Shown piece by piece: positions 30,810 through 42,919 of a stretch of 64,000 nucleotides of DNA. Every line of letters starts with the position of its first letter. The first letter of the stretch is position 1. A program made the translations under genes and the position numbers. The stretch is from Amoebidium appalachense (Eukaryota > Protista > Ichthyosporea): contig CAVNZM010000011.1 in assembly GCA_963693365.1 (NCBI GenBank), forward strand, positions 1,906,989 through 1,970,988, in the 5' to 3' direction. The notes beneath the pieces were generated by a model, which was not told the origin of the DNA, searched no databases, and was given only the letters and a program-made list of their open reading frames with translations.

Positions 30810-31152
30810 GTCGAGCAAGGACTCCATGAAACCCATCCCATCCTCACGCGAGATCTGCGGTTGTGCATGGCCTAGTCTCAAACAGGAGACTTGAACGGAA
30901 TGGGCCGGGCCATTCCTAGGGGGCCCGGCCACAAGGAACCCTTGGATAATTAGCTGGCTGCCTGTCCGGGTTCGGAAGTACACGCACGTGTGTGTGTGCC
31001 TGTGATGTGCCGGTGCGTGGGCCGAGGGGGACCACGGCCCTCTGAACAGTTAATACAAAAGGGCCGTGGTGAGGGCTCAGTGAGTCAGTGCCACGGAGGA
31101 GCTTCGGCGGACGGCAGGTTGGGAGGGGATTATGCTACTTCCATGGCTCGGC
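30810..31152 (+). ncRNA. Candidate ~345-nt structured non-coding RNA, class unknown
   Basis: Nested stems: gtcgagc 30810/gctcggc 31146; ctgcctgtccg 30958/cggacggcag 31108; accacggccct 31031/agggccgtggt 31060; ggccgggcc 30903/ggcccggcc 30922; agtctc 30874/gagact 30886. Most non-Watson-Crick positions are G-U on the + strand. Confidence 0.55.
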
Positions 31153-31788
31153 GAAACGCAATCAAGAATAAATTGTACCTAAAAAATAAACCAAAGGCCA
31201 ACGCACAAATTAAAATGTGCCAATGTAAATGAAGTCCTAACGTACGAATCGAAATCAATATATACGTTATTATCACTAGCTTCTCTGTCCACATATTTGT
31301 TGATGACGCCATGTGTTGCAGTTAGGAATGTGAAGGCGCAATCATTGCCGCTGGGATCAGCGGAAGTAAAGGCTGAGAAAAAAGAAACTTGAAAAAAAGA
31401 GCTCCCCTGAGTTGCCGGCAATAAAAAGGGTAGCGACATAAAAACGCACATGGGGAATAACGAATGGGCATTATAAATGCAGATGAAGTCTTTCCAAAGT
31501 CGGCTGGCGCACACTCTGCCTTTATAATAGTGCTTTGCAAACCGGGCGGTCGGTCGACCGTTTTCTATCTCTTTAAATTGCAACCTGGGCAAGACTTCAC
31601 ACTGTTGGCCCCTCCTAACATTCTCCGGAAAGTTCAGATTGTAAACAAACTCCTGTCATAGCACAGGGGCCTCTCGCCTATTGAGCTTTTCTTACAATAA
31701 CCTCCACGGGCTTATAGTACACTGCTATTAGTTTCAAACACATTCGCGAATGGGTGGTTAATGAATACGTATACTTTACAGCAAGTTG

Positions 31789-32543
31789 CTAAAGGTTTGC
31801 AATGGCTGCTGCTTGCCTCTGTTCTCTCTTTTTGTGAGCAAAATGCAGGAAAGAGGTGATGTCTTTGCCTTCGTTAACAGGAATCGACATGAAATGGTGT
31901 TGAATGGCAGCTACCAGCTCCGTTTTGTTGCTGTTGTTGGCCACGTTTAGCTTGTAGTGCTTGCGGTATCGTTTCAGTGCCATAATGTGGAGCGAGGAAA
32001 AGTCCACCTGGGGAAAGGAGGTAAACTTAGTCATGCGGCCCGTTACACTGAAGAAGAACTTACAATCAGAGCGTTGAAAAGGAGTCGCAAAAACTTCTGG
32101 GTATATGTTTCAGCGCAAAGCTCTTAGATAATCCCACCGGTACCTGGCTGCAAAGCTGCCGGAAGTTCTTGGCGCTAAAAAGCAGGCCCCTAAAATCTAC
32201 AGGGAAAACGAAACTCTTTCAAAAGAGGAGCGAGGCTCTAAAACCTACGTTTATCTCCTGGTCGCCATTTGCAACAGCTGCCGGATGTTCCTTCGTCTTC
32301 TTCTTCGAGCCCCCGTTTGCTGCGCTGCTTGCCTCGAGCTGCTTCTTGAGTGCGGAAAGCGTGCTTCTGTGAAACACACACACGCGCGTGTGTCCAGCGC
32401 TTACGTCTGCTGCCAGAGACATCTTTTTTTTGGGCGGCTGTTTTTTGTAGCTTTTTGCTAAACACAGAAGTGATGGCTTCTTTGGAGCAACGTTTGCCAT
32501 CTTCGAGCACGCAGCAACGCCCATATTCGCTGTCAGACGCCAT
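31789..32543 (-). CDS. SAP30: Sin3-associated protein SAP30/SAP30L; apparent 1-nt frameshift in an A8 run
   Basis: Exons 32543-32249 and 32007-31789. Zinc finger CCVLEDGKRC...FSKKLQK...HTRVCVFH and Sin3-binding domain VDFSSLHIMALKRYRKHYKL...NKTELVAAIQHHFMSIPVNE. The frame switches at the T8 run 32424-32431. Confidence 0.93.
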
Positions 32544-33500
32544 GCTTCCCTTTTTCTTTTTTCCCACTAAGACAATTGCAGCATCAGCAGGTTGTAAATT
32601 CTCTGTTCACTATCAGAGTTAGAAAATTTAGAAGTCACTGAAAAACGACCGCCTTTCGTAGAATCCTTGTGCTTGCTGTAGCTATAGCCCAGGGTAGTAC
32701 TTTTTGGGGTTGGAAGTGGAAACTTCGTCTCCTGCCGCTGAGCTTTGCTGAGGCACCGGTGCGGCGGACTGCGACCAACCAACTACGCGAGTAGGGTAAA
32801 TTTTCTTTGCAACATAAAAGAAGCCCATATTTCATATATTATCTTTCGGGTGGGCTATGTAGCTAAACATCCAAATAAAACGGCTAGATTTCTATAAAGA
32901 ATTTATATATGTTTTTTTTTTTTTAGCTCTTTTTCTGATCCTAGAGTAAGCAGAATAAAGCGAGGTAAAGCATGTAATACCTTCTTTTGCTTGAACAAAG
33001 CATTGGTTCTTGCTACACTCCCTCCAACAGTTTGTGCAAAAAAGGTTTATCTTCAGAACCATCCAAATCATGCAGAAGTAATTTAACCTGCTGCCATACC
33101 CAATAACGCGTCTATTTAAGTTTTATAGTGCAGGCGAACTATTTTTCTAAAGTTTAGTTGACCAATCATTGTGATAGTAATTTGCCGAGTTTACCGAATA
33201 TATCTATGCCTGATAATAACCGAATACGAATCATAGTATACCACAATTGAGCCTTGGCGATTAGGAAGCTTAATTCGGAATCGTTCTATAGATAGAGAAA
33301 AATGCAAGAAAAAACATGTATTTTGAGAGAAACATTTAGACGCTCTAAGACTACTTCTACTGTGCATAGAAGCAAAAAACTTTAAGTTATTGAACCCTCG
33401 GTTCGCCCTCGCAAGCATTTAGAGAATGCCGCAGGGCTCTTATCCAATGACCATGCACCAGGAGGATGGCTCATCTTGCCGCTTTCGTAATACAACCAAC

Positions 33501-33536
33501 TGTGGCCGCGGCTGTGGCCGCGGCTGTGGCCGCGGC
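33501..33536. repeat. 12-bp tandem repeat (tgtggccgcggc x3) in the SAP30/MTD1 divergent promoter region
   Basis: Seen directly, about 200 bp upstream of ATG 33732. A regulatory role is only a possibility. Confidence 0.7.
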
Positions 33537-33731
33537 ACGAACGCGCATGCATGCATGAGCTGGTGCACGTGCACACATAAATGATTATGTACCACACTGT
33601 GCCGCGTATACACGTACAACGTATACCTAGACAGTTTAGTACCCCATTCGTATTAGGCTGTTATTTGGCACTGTAGTGGGTGGCGTTCGAGGTTTGGGCT
33701 GGTGCTGTTTGAAGTGCCTGCTAGCAGGGTG

Positions 33732-33932
33732 ATGCTGAGTGTTCTACGCAGGATAAAAGGTGCGTCCTGTCTCTTGCTGTTCGCAGAAGTTAGGTCCGCA
33801 TTCTTACAAAGTATTGTTCAGACGGCAGTGGATTAGTGGTGGTGATGTGTGTTTGTGTCTGATCGTGGGTGGGGAAAAATGGCGGGGGCTCAGAGAGGGG
33901 AGTTGGGGCTCCGGCCAGGAAGGGGGCAGAGG

Positions 33933-33966
<34 letters not shown>

Positions 33967-34165
33967 GGGGGGGAGGGGGAGACGGGAGGGGACTCGAGGA
34001 GTGCTGCACAGGGCAGACGACTGGTAAATGACGATTACAGGGGAGAGGACGTTCAGACCGTGATTTGTTAAGGCATGAGAAGAGTTGGAGGGTGGGTTCT
34101 AAAGAGGGGGGATGGTGTGCAGGGGCATTGGCAGGGGAACGGGAGCGGGGGGAGGGGGCGCAGAA

Positions 34166-34202
<37 letters not shown>

Positions 34203-35333
34203 GGTTATTTAAATCTCGCCCTCCCCCCGCCATCCGTCCCTCGGTTCCCTGTCCAACCCCCTTCCCCCCTCCTAAGCGTTCTCGCTGCCTTCCTTTCCCT
34301 CCTGGTGGTTGAGAAGAGATGGAGGCAACGGTGTATGCCTTTTTTTTAAGGAGAAGGGGGGGGGAGGGGGGGGAAAGAGATGTACTGGCAGAAACGAACA
34401 GGAAGAGTGGAAGGCACTGAGTGTACGTGTGAGTTGAAAAAGCTGAGGCCGCCATGCTGAGATAAGTGTTCAAAAGTGGTCGACGGCCCAGGGATAGTCA
34501 GAGAGAGGATTGGGGTGTGTCTGTGGCCGGCTTGGTAACGCTGTGTGCGGAGGGGCAGGTTATTGAGATTCTCCGCCACTCCCCCCCCTCCCCCCCCCCC
34601 CCCCCTCCCCCCTCCCCCCTCCCCCCACCCACCCCCCCACCCCCTTCTCCCCCAGCCCTTTTTGACAAAGACCTTTTCCAAAATGCCAGCTTGCATACCC
34701 CTCCTGGCTATTACACACGGACAATACACACACAAGACACACACACACACAAAACACACACACACACGCGCACACGCACACACGTGCGCGCACGCACGCA
34801 CACACACACACACACACAACCACACACGCACACACACACACACACACACATACACACACACACACACACACAGCCACTGCCGTCCAGCTTCTGTATCCCA
34901 AACCTATATTCAAAATGGCCTGTCGGGTAGTAAACGCCGCTGACATAGCAAAGCCTTACGAGTAACCCCCCCCCCCCCCCCCCCCTCCCCTGCTGCCGCC
35001 CCCCACCCCACCCCCCTCCGCTCTTCCCTGCCCAGCCACTTAACATGAACATGTGGGCTGCCATTTTTTACGCACAAACATACTTGCAGAGGCTAAGAGA
35101 GGCACAGGGTGGGATGGGGGAGAGTGAGGGGGGGGAATCTCACATAAGGCTTTGTTTCGCCTTATTGAAGAGTATGTGCATAAACGCCTGCACCACCACC
35201 GCAAGCGCCATACGAAACACATACTCACTCACACTCACCCACTCACTGACTCACTTACTTATACCTACACACTTGCACACACTCGGACTCATTCAGTCAC
35301 TCACTCATTCACTCACTCACTCACTGACTCAGT

Positions 35334-35364
<31 letters not shown>

Positions 35365-36872
35365 ATGCACACACTCACACACGCACAACCCACTATATCT
35401 GAATTCTCATTTTATCATTGCCAATGAACACTAGACTCTGCAGTTGTCCACGTATCCTTTTCCTCACATCTTTATTGCATTCATTGAATATTATGTGTGC
35501 CCTAAATACTCCTGGACTCATATTAAAAAGAGGCAGAGCTTTGTGGTAGGACAATGGACCGTTCAGTCCATGTGCTTTTGCGTTCACATAATCAAAACTA
35601 CACCGGGCATTTCTGGTATGCGCAGAACACAAAGGTAGAGGTACATGCAATGAGTGCCAAGGACCTAATCCGTCCTCTTGCAGGGATGAAATTCGTCAGC
35701 AGGTGTCGAAGCTCCCCGTAGCCCCCCTTCTGGTGGGGTTTTTGGCAAACAAAGACCCCGCTGCACGGAAATATGCAGAATGGACGGCAAAAACTTGCAC
35801 ATCAACCGGTTTGTCCCCCTTTCTTCCCCCCTCCCCCTCCCCCCCTGCCTGCACTTTTAAATTGTTTGGTTTCTCATTTTTGTGACGTTTTTGTTGTTGC
35901 TTCTTGTTGTCTCCTCCATATTTCCAACCCTCTAACGCATACACCAACCCCCCCCTCCCCCCCCCCCCCCCTTCCCTTTCCCCCCTTGCCCCCTTCCCTC
36001 CCCTTGGCCCGAGTCCTCGGCCTCAAGCACACAAACTCCTTCTTTTTCGCGCTTTCTTCCCCTCCCCCCCGTCCCTTCTCTTTCTCTCTCCCCCCCCCGG
36101 TCCCCCTCCCCCCCCCCTCCCCCCGTCCCTCCTCTTTCTCTCGCCCACCCTCTTCCGCCTCTTCCCCCCCCCCCCCCCCCCCCCCGTAGACATCTTTACT
36201 TCCATGCAACCGGGCATGGTTGCTCTGTGTCGTGCATCTGTAAGCACACGCGTTTGTCGCTGCACTGCATTAGTTTGCACACACATCTTCACCGTTTTGC
36301 TCACCTTGCTTGCATAAGCAACCCTGCTCGTCTTTGATCAAGACGGGTTGACCCACCCAAGTTCAGTTGATGCTGCTGTCTGAGTTGGAGCGTCGTATAT
36401 ACGCGGGCTAAGGGGTCGAAACTCAGACGCAATTGATGACTTGGGCCCTCCCTGAGGATGGGCTCTGCTTATGACGCATACTGTGCGCATGGCTGATGCT
36501 GCATAGTTGAATGTTTGCCTTTGCATGTGTCCTGCACCATGCTTCTCATCGTGTATGCGTACTTCGTACTGTGTTCCGCATTCAAACCCCCCCCCCCCCG
36601 TTTCTCTCCAGCTCATTGTCCTCAGGCGACCTGTAGCTAGAATGTGACACTATGTGATCGATTGAACATATTTATATGTACGGTGCCACACACCAGAATC
36701 CCCCCTCTCCTTCCGAAACACACACACACACACACACACACAGGCATCCAGTTTGAGCTTCGGGAGGTGCACAAGATGCAACTTGAAGAGCACATCGACA
36801 TAGCCAACGAAGACCCGGTACTTCTCTTTTCTTCCCTTTCTTCCTTACCTTCTCCGATTTTCCTTTGAAACT

Positions 36873-36903
<31 letters not shown>

Positions 36904-37571
36904 GCCCTCCCTGAGGGTGGGCTCTGCTTATTATGCATACTCTTTATGTATGGTTGGCACTCTGCATCGTGTTGTCCGTTGTTCATGTGTACTTTGTACT
37001 TTATGACGCATTCAAATCCCCCTCCCTGCCCCCACTCTCTCTCCCTCACGCCCCTCTTCCTCCACCCTCCACTCTCTATCGCTCTCTTTCTCTTTCTACC
37101 CTCCCTCCCCCCCCCCCTCCCCCTGCCGCCGCCGCCGCTGCCTTCCCCCCTCCCCCCCCTGGCCTCTCTCTTCCCGCGTCATGTTGAACGATGAATAATC
37201 AAAAAGGAAAAGTGCAACCACACATAAAGAAGGAGGCTAAGGAGGGGGAGGTGTGTGTGTGTTTGGGGGAGGGGGAGAGGGTTAGGGGGTTGGCAGGTGG
37301 ATAAGTGGACAAGTGCTAACGGGGCAATTTGTTTGGTTGCAGGACGTCAATGGTATCATCATTTACTATCCAGTGTTTGGCGGGGGGCAGGTATGTTTCC
37401 TGTGTATCATTTCCCCATGATTATCTCGTTCGATGGTGTATTGTTGTAGTTGCCGCAGTTGTGTTGTTATGATCATTGTGTTCAATTTAGTTGTTTTCAT
37501 TGGTATTTGACATCATTAGTAGTTTTTAGTATCTGAGAGGTGGGTTAAGGGGCGACGCGCCGAGGGGTCAG

Positions 37572-37614
<43 letters not shown>

Positions 37615-38154
37615 CTTGGGTACGTTGCACAATATTGTAAGGTTTTGTTGATGTTGTTGCTGTGCTGTGATTCCCTCTTTGTCAAATATTTCGGTAATGG
37701 GGATATGTTAATCAAGCATGCTTATGGTAAGGTGGCTAGAGGCATGCAGGAATGTAAGATTATTTGAACCGGTTGGGTAGGCGAAAACGTGTGCAAGTGT
37801 TATGAGTGATCTGATAGTTATGGGTATGCAGGCATGGCATTGTGTGTGGGTGGCTGGGTGCATGTGCGAGTGTGTGGGTGTGGGTGGGTGGGTGGGTGGG
37901 TGTGGGTGTGGGTGTGGGTGTGGGTATGGGTGTGTGTGTTTGTGTGTGTGTGTCTGTGTGTGTGTGTGCGCGCGCGGGTGCGCGTGCGGGTGCGGGTGCA
38001 TGTGTCGGTGCCAATGGTGTTTGTAAACTTCTCTTTCTCAGCTAACACATTGTTCTTCTCGTCTACCACTCCCTCATCCCCAATCTCTCTCTCTCTCTCT
38101 CCCCCCCCCCCCCCCCCCCCCCCCTCCATCTGTCCCCTCGCCCTCCACACACGC

Positions 38155-38210
<56 letters not shown>

Positions 38211-38841
38211 CCAGGATTCTTATCTGATGAACTGTGTCGACCCATTGAAAGATGTCGAGGGGTTGTGTCACTTGTACAGGTAAGTCACTTGTATGGCATT
38301 GACTTTAGGCACCTGAACTGCTTTTCTTTTTAGAAACGACTAATGAATTTATAGTGCCTAGATGGGAAAAAGCAAATGGTACAAGGCGTTTTGACCCATT
38401 ATTTTTACCTAATAAGGCAGTTGCAAGCAAGACTATGACCCATCTTTAAGGCAATTTCAACTATTGGTTCCAATTTCTTGCGATGTTAACACTTCATGTC
38501 TCTGTTATCATGTTCACCCGTCATTCATTGTACTTTACCTAGACGTCTGAAATCACGTATGCATCTCATCTGATACCTTGTTCACAGATGTCCTATGTCC
38601 TTGACATCATTACAAGAGTTCTGAGTTTCGTTGTAACACGTCGCAACATGTATTGATAATTTCTTGGAAACAACTTTTGCTCTCGTATGCTCACACCCAG
38701 CTAATACATGGGGGTAACTTTACAGGCACAACATGTACCGTAATGTGCGCTATCTTGACGAGGCTAAGGAGCAAAAATCGATCCTTCCTTGCACACCACT
38801 TGCCTTGGTGAAGGTTTGCCTCCTCTCTCTCTCTCTCTCTC

Positions 38842-38881
<40 letters not shown>

Positions 38882-39345
38882 TCCTTCCCTGCTTCTCTTT
38901 AAAGAGTATGAAAAAGAAAGGAAGGAAAGCAGAAGAAGGAAAGGAGGAAGGATTAAACACACACACACACACATACACACACACACACACACACACTCGG
39001 GCTTAATACAGTCACGTGAACCAAAGTTCACATATAGCCCCATGTCTGCCCAGACATTAAAACAACGAAAACGTGCATACAGGGGTGACATTGACACACA
39101 CACAAGCACACACACACACTGGCTCTGTTTCTCTCTACTCTCTCTCTCTCTCTCTCTCTCTCCCCTTCCCCCTGCCCCCCTCTCTCCCTCCATCCCTCCC
39201 TCTCCCTCCCTCCCTCCCTTCCTCCCCCCCTCCCTCTCTCGCTTGCTTGCTCACTCGCTCTTTCCCACTTTCTCACACACTCATTTACCCATTCATTCAT
39301 TCACTCACTCACTCACTCACTCACTCACTCACGCGCTCACTCCCA

Positions 39346-39427
<82 letters not shown>

Positions 39428-39768
39428 GCTTAATACAGTCACGTGAACCAATGTTCACATATAGCCCCATGTCTGCCCAGACATTAAAACAACGAAAACG
39501 TGCATACAGGGGTGACATTGACACACACACAAGCACACACACACTGGCTCTGTTTCTCTCTATCTCTCTCTCTCTCTCTCTCTCTCCCCTCCCCCCTGCC
39601 CCCCTCTCTCCCTCCATCCCTCCCTCTCCCTCCCTCCCTCCCTTCCTCCCCCCTCCCTCTCTCGCTTGCTTGCTCACTCGCTCTTTCCCACTTTCTCACA
39701 CACTCATTTACCCATTCGTTCATTCACTCACTCACTCACTCACTCACTCACTCACGCGCTCACTCCCA

Positions 39769-39858
<90 letters not shown>

Positions 39859-39951
39859 TTGAGCATGTGGGGGCATACAATAGCCGACTGGACTACGGCA
39901 ACCACATGTACGGCAAGACAGTCACAATCATCAACAGAAGGTCATTTGCTC

Positions 39952-39989
<38 letters not shown>

Positions 39990-40960
39990 GGCACCGGACG
40001 CCCGCCCTCCCTCTCCAAAGAAAAATCACCACCACCTTACCATTATCTGGGGTTTCCATGAGGATGGGCTCCACTTTTGCTGTGTACTCCGACTCGTAAA
40101 CACGTTTTAACCGCCATCCACCAACCCACCCAACCACATACCACATATGCGATCGCACTCATCCCCCCCCCCCCCCCCCCCCCCCCCCTCCCCCGTGATC
40201 GTTTTCTCTCTATATTGGGTGCTGCCAGATCTGTCAGTAGGAGTCATGATGGGTGACCCGTTTGGTAGCCTTTAGCCTTAAAAGGCTATTTCTTTGGTCC
40301 GTGAGCCAATCACATTCTGACATTTCACCCTTGTGCCCCTCAGTGAGATTGTGGGCCGACCACTAGCAGCCCTGCTAGCCAATGATGGAGCCAACGTGTA
40401 CAGCGTGGACATAGAGGACATCTTTCTGTTAACAAGAGGCACAGGCCTCAAGCTCACGAAACACAAGGTGGGTGACTGGGCTGGCATGAGAAGGGCGCAC
40501 CCCAGGAGGAGTGGGTTGTGTGTGCGTGCGTGTGTGCGTGCGTGGTGTGTGTGTTTTTTTTTTGTTTTTTTTTTTTTTTTTTTTTTGTGGGGGGGGGGGG
40601 GGGGGGGGGGGAGAGAGGGGGGGGGGGTCACATCACGTGTTCGGGTTCGAGAAATCCCAAAAAGGGATGGGTTTACGTCGGGGGGGAAGGGGGAGGATGC
40701 CCAAGACTGGTGGGAATGCATTGCATGGAGAATTGTGGACAGTGGATGATTTCCTTTTTTTCCGGTAGGGACGGGGGAAGAGGGGAGAAGGGGGATAGAT
40801 GGTTTATGAGGAAGAAGGGGGCCGGGGGGGAAGGGGCGGGGGGGGGGGAGGGAGGGGGGTGGGAGGGAGGTTCATTTCCTGATTGGCACTCGAGTTAGCT
40901 GGGTTCTTTTGGCCGGGGATTGTTGAGGTGGTGGTGGTGGGACGTGTGTGTGCATGGGTG

Positions 40961-41027
<67 letters not shown>

Positions 41028-41084
41028 GGGGAGGGGGAGGCAGAGGAAGGTGGACCCATCAACTCATGCTTGACAAACGTGTGG

Positions 41085-41116
<32 letters not shown>

Positions 41117-42580
41117 GGTGGTTGAGTGCAATCAATCCCTTGATGAGATTTTGGCCAAGTCAGATGTCGTCATCACCGGTGTGCCATCGAAAGAATACAA
41201 GGTTGCCCCCTCCTCCCCCCCCCTTCCCCCCCCCCCCCCCCCCCCCCCACCCACCCAAAATAAATAAATAATTTTAAGAATAAAATAAGATAAAATATGA
41301 GAAATGAAAAATTTGATGTGATACTATTATGTATTTGTATGTGTGTCTGTGTCCGTGTCCGTGCCTGTGCCTGTGCCTGTGTGTGTGCGTGTGCGCGGCA
41401 CGCGCTCGTATGTCTGTTTCTGTGTCTGTGTGTCTATGTTTGTGTGTGTGTGTGTGTGAGTGTGTGTATGCTCCATCCCCACCCCTCACCCCCAGCCCCC
41501 TCTTCTCACCCCACCAGCACCACCCCTTGTTTCCTCTCCATCCTCAGATTTCCGCCTTCCCCCCCCTCCCCCCCCCCCCCCTCCCCTCCCCCCTCCCTCC
41601 CCTCCCGGGGCGTGTTCTCTGATGTCTCTGCTCAACCTGTGCCCACACCCACAGGTGGACACGTCCAAGCTCAAGGACGGTGTTGTGTGCATCAACTTTG
41701 CCACCTCAAATAACTTTAATGCCGACCTGGTCGAAAAGGCCTCCCTCTACGTCAAGCAGCCGGGCAAGGTACCGAGCATGCTCCTCTGCTTCATTCATGC
41801 ATCAAATATCCCCCCCCCCCGTTTTGCTCACCTTGCTTGCATAAGCAACCCTGCTCGTCTTTGATCAAGACGGGTTGACCCACCCAAGTTCAGTTGATGC
41901 TGCTGTCTGAGTTGGAGCGTCGTATATACGCGGGCTAAGGGGTCGAAACTCAGACGCAATTGATGACTTGGGCCCTCCCTGAGGATGGGCTCTGCTTATG
42001 ACGCATACTGTGCGCATGGCTGATGCTGCATACTTGAATGTTTGCCTTTGCATGTGTCCTGCACCATGCTTCTCATCGTGTATGCGTACTTCGTACTGTG
42101 TTCCGCATTCAAAACCCCCCCCCCCTCCCCCCTCTCGGGAACAGCCCACAGAGCCCTCCCTTTCAGCGAACACGTACTGACCCGTGCTTGCTTTTTGGGC
42201 TTTGGTGTGTGGGTGTTTGGATGCACGTGGGGTGTGGGTGTTTGGGTGTGTGGGTCTGTTAGAATGTGATTGAACTGTCCGTTTCAGTACGACAATCTCC
42301 CCTCCCCATCCTCCCCACCCCCGCCCCTCTCCCCCTCCCCTCCTCCCTTCAACACACACACACACATACTCACTCACACTTACACTCACACTCGCACTCA
42401 CACCCACTCACACATTCCGACAACCACCACCACCAAAAGGCGTACTGGAATTCAGTCATTTCTTTTGCTTTCGGACTGACTTGGCACTTCTTTCTTGCAC
42501 GGTTTTCTACGTTCTTCCTTTCCTATAACGAATTCTGTGCAGCGTCATAACACTACCTCCACACCACAACACATACGAAT

Positions 42581-42611
<31 letters not shown>

Positions 42612-42773
42612 CCACACACGTGCACGCACACACACGTACAGGTGACAGTGACGATGCTTCAGCGCAACCTGCTGCGTCTGTGCCAGTCCCAAATGTCTCG
42701 CAAGCGCACTCTCAGTTTCTCCCAACCAGCAGCAAGTGAGCAGCCACAGACCGACGAGAAAACAGAAGCATGA
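33732..42773 (+). CDS. MTD1: NAD-dependent methylenetetrahydrofolate dehydrogenase, yeast Mtd1 type, 12 exons
   Basis: Exons 33732-33759, 34874-34961, 35684-35808, 36744-36817, 37343-37390, 38215-38279, 38726-38813, 39855-39940, 40344-40467, 41118-41201, 41655-41768, 42642-42773. Motifs PLLVGFLANKDPAA, KDVEGL, KSILPCTPLA, INRSEIVGRPLAALLANDGA and SDVVITGVPS match yeast Mtd1 closely. The first exon is less certain. Confidence 0.95.
35866..35945 (+). repeat. Intronic repeat family B (~50-80 bp); other copies at 48915-48995 (-) and 61605-61655 (+)
   Basis: Shared ctcctcc[ag]tatttccaaccctc[ct]aac[ag]catac followed by poly-C, in introns of MTD1, WIPI3 and the formin. Confidence 0.85.
36194..36586 (+). 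repeat. Intronic repeat family A, long copy (~390 bp), in MTD1 intron 3
   Basis: Near-identical to 41821-42113 and to the reverse complement of 26320-26697. Flanked by poly-C on both sides. A further partial copy lies at 36901-37018. Confidence 0.92.
38995..39853. repeat. ~430-bp tandem duplication in MTD1 intron 7, bounded by (CA)n
   Basis: gggcttaatacagtcacgtgaacca...cactcccaccacaca(ca)n occurs at about 38999 and 39426. Confidence 0.92.
41821..42113 (+). repeat. Intronic repeat family A, 5'-shortened copy, in MTD1 intron 11
   Basis: Matches 36294-36586 almost base for base; poly-C on both sides. Confidence 0.92.
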
Positions 42774-42849
42774 GCGGGGAAGTGTTCAACGGTGACGACT
42801 AGCGTGTGTGCAATGGGAGTGTTAATAGCTCGAAGCATCGCCGAGACAT

Positions 42850-42919
<70 letters not shown>

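Noticed and set aside
30810-31152. RNase P, RNase MRP, SRP, telomerase RNA or group I intron identity for the structured island
   Set aside because: Only short partial word matches (e.g. tgagactagg on the minus strand). The defining conserved motifs were not found in the correct order.
32140-32200. Extra SAP30 internal exon
   Set aside because: No acceptor/donor pair keeps the frame without a stop; direct joining of 32249 to 32007 is in frame.
36415-36460. Hammerhead ribozyme in family A (CUGAGGA and GAAAC both present)
   Set aside because: The bases flanking the two core motifs cannot form stems II and III, and no correctly placed NUH site was found.
36428-36500. Box C/D snoRNA reading of family A (ttgatga, ctga, atgacg, ctga), plus an 11-nt match tcaagacgggt antisense to 28S rRNA
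   Set aside because: The boxes are present in only one subfamily, the terminal stem is 3 bp, and the rRNA-complementary stretch lies outside the box interval within a hairpin. Kept only as a minor alternative.
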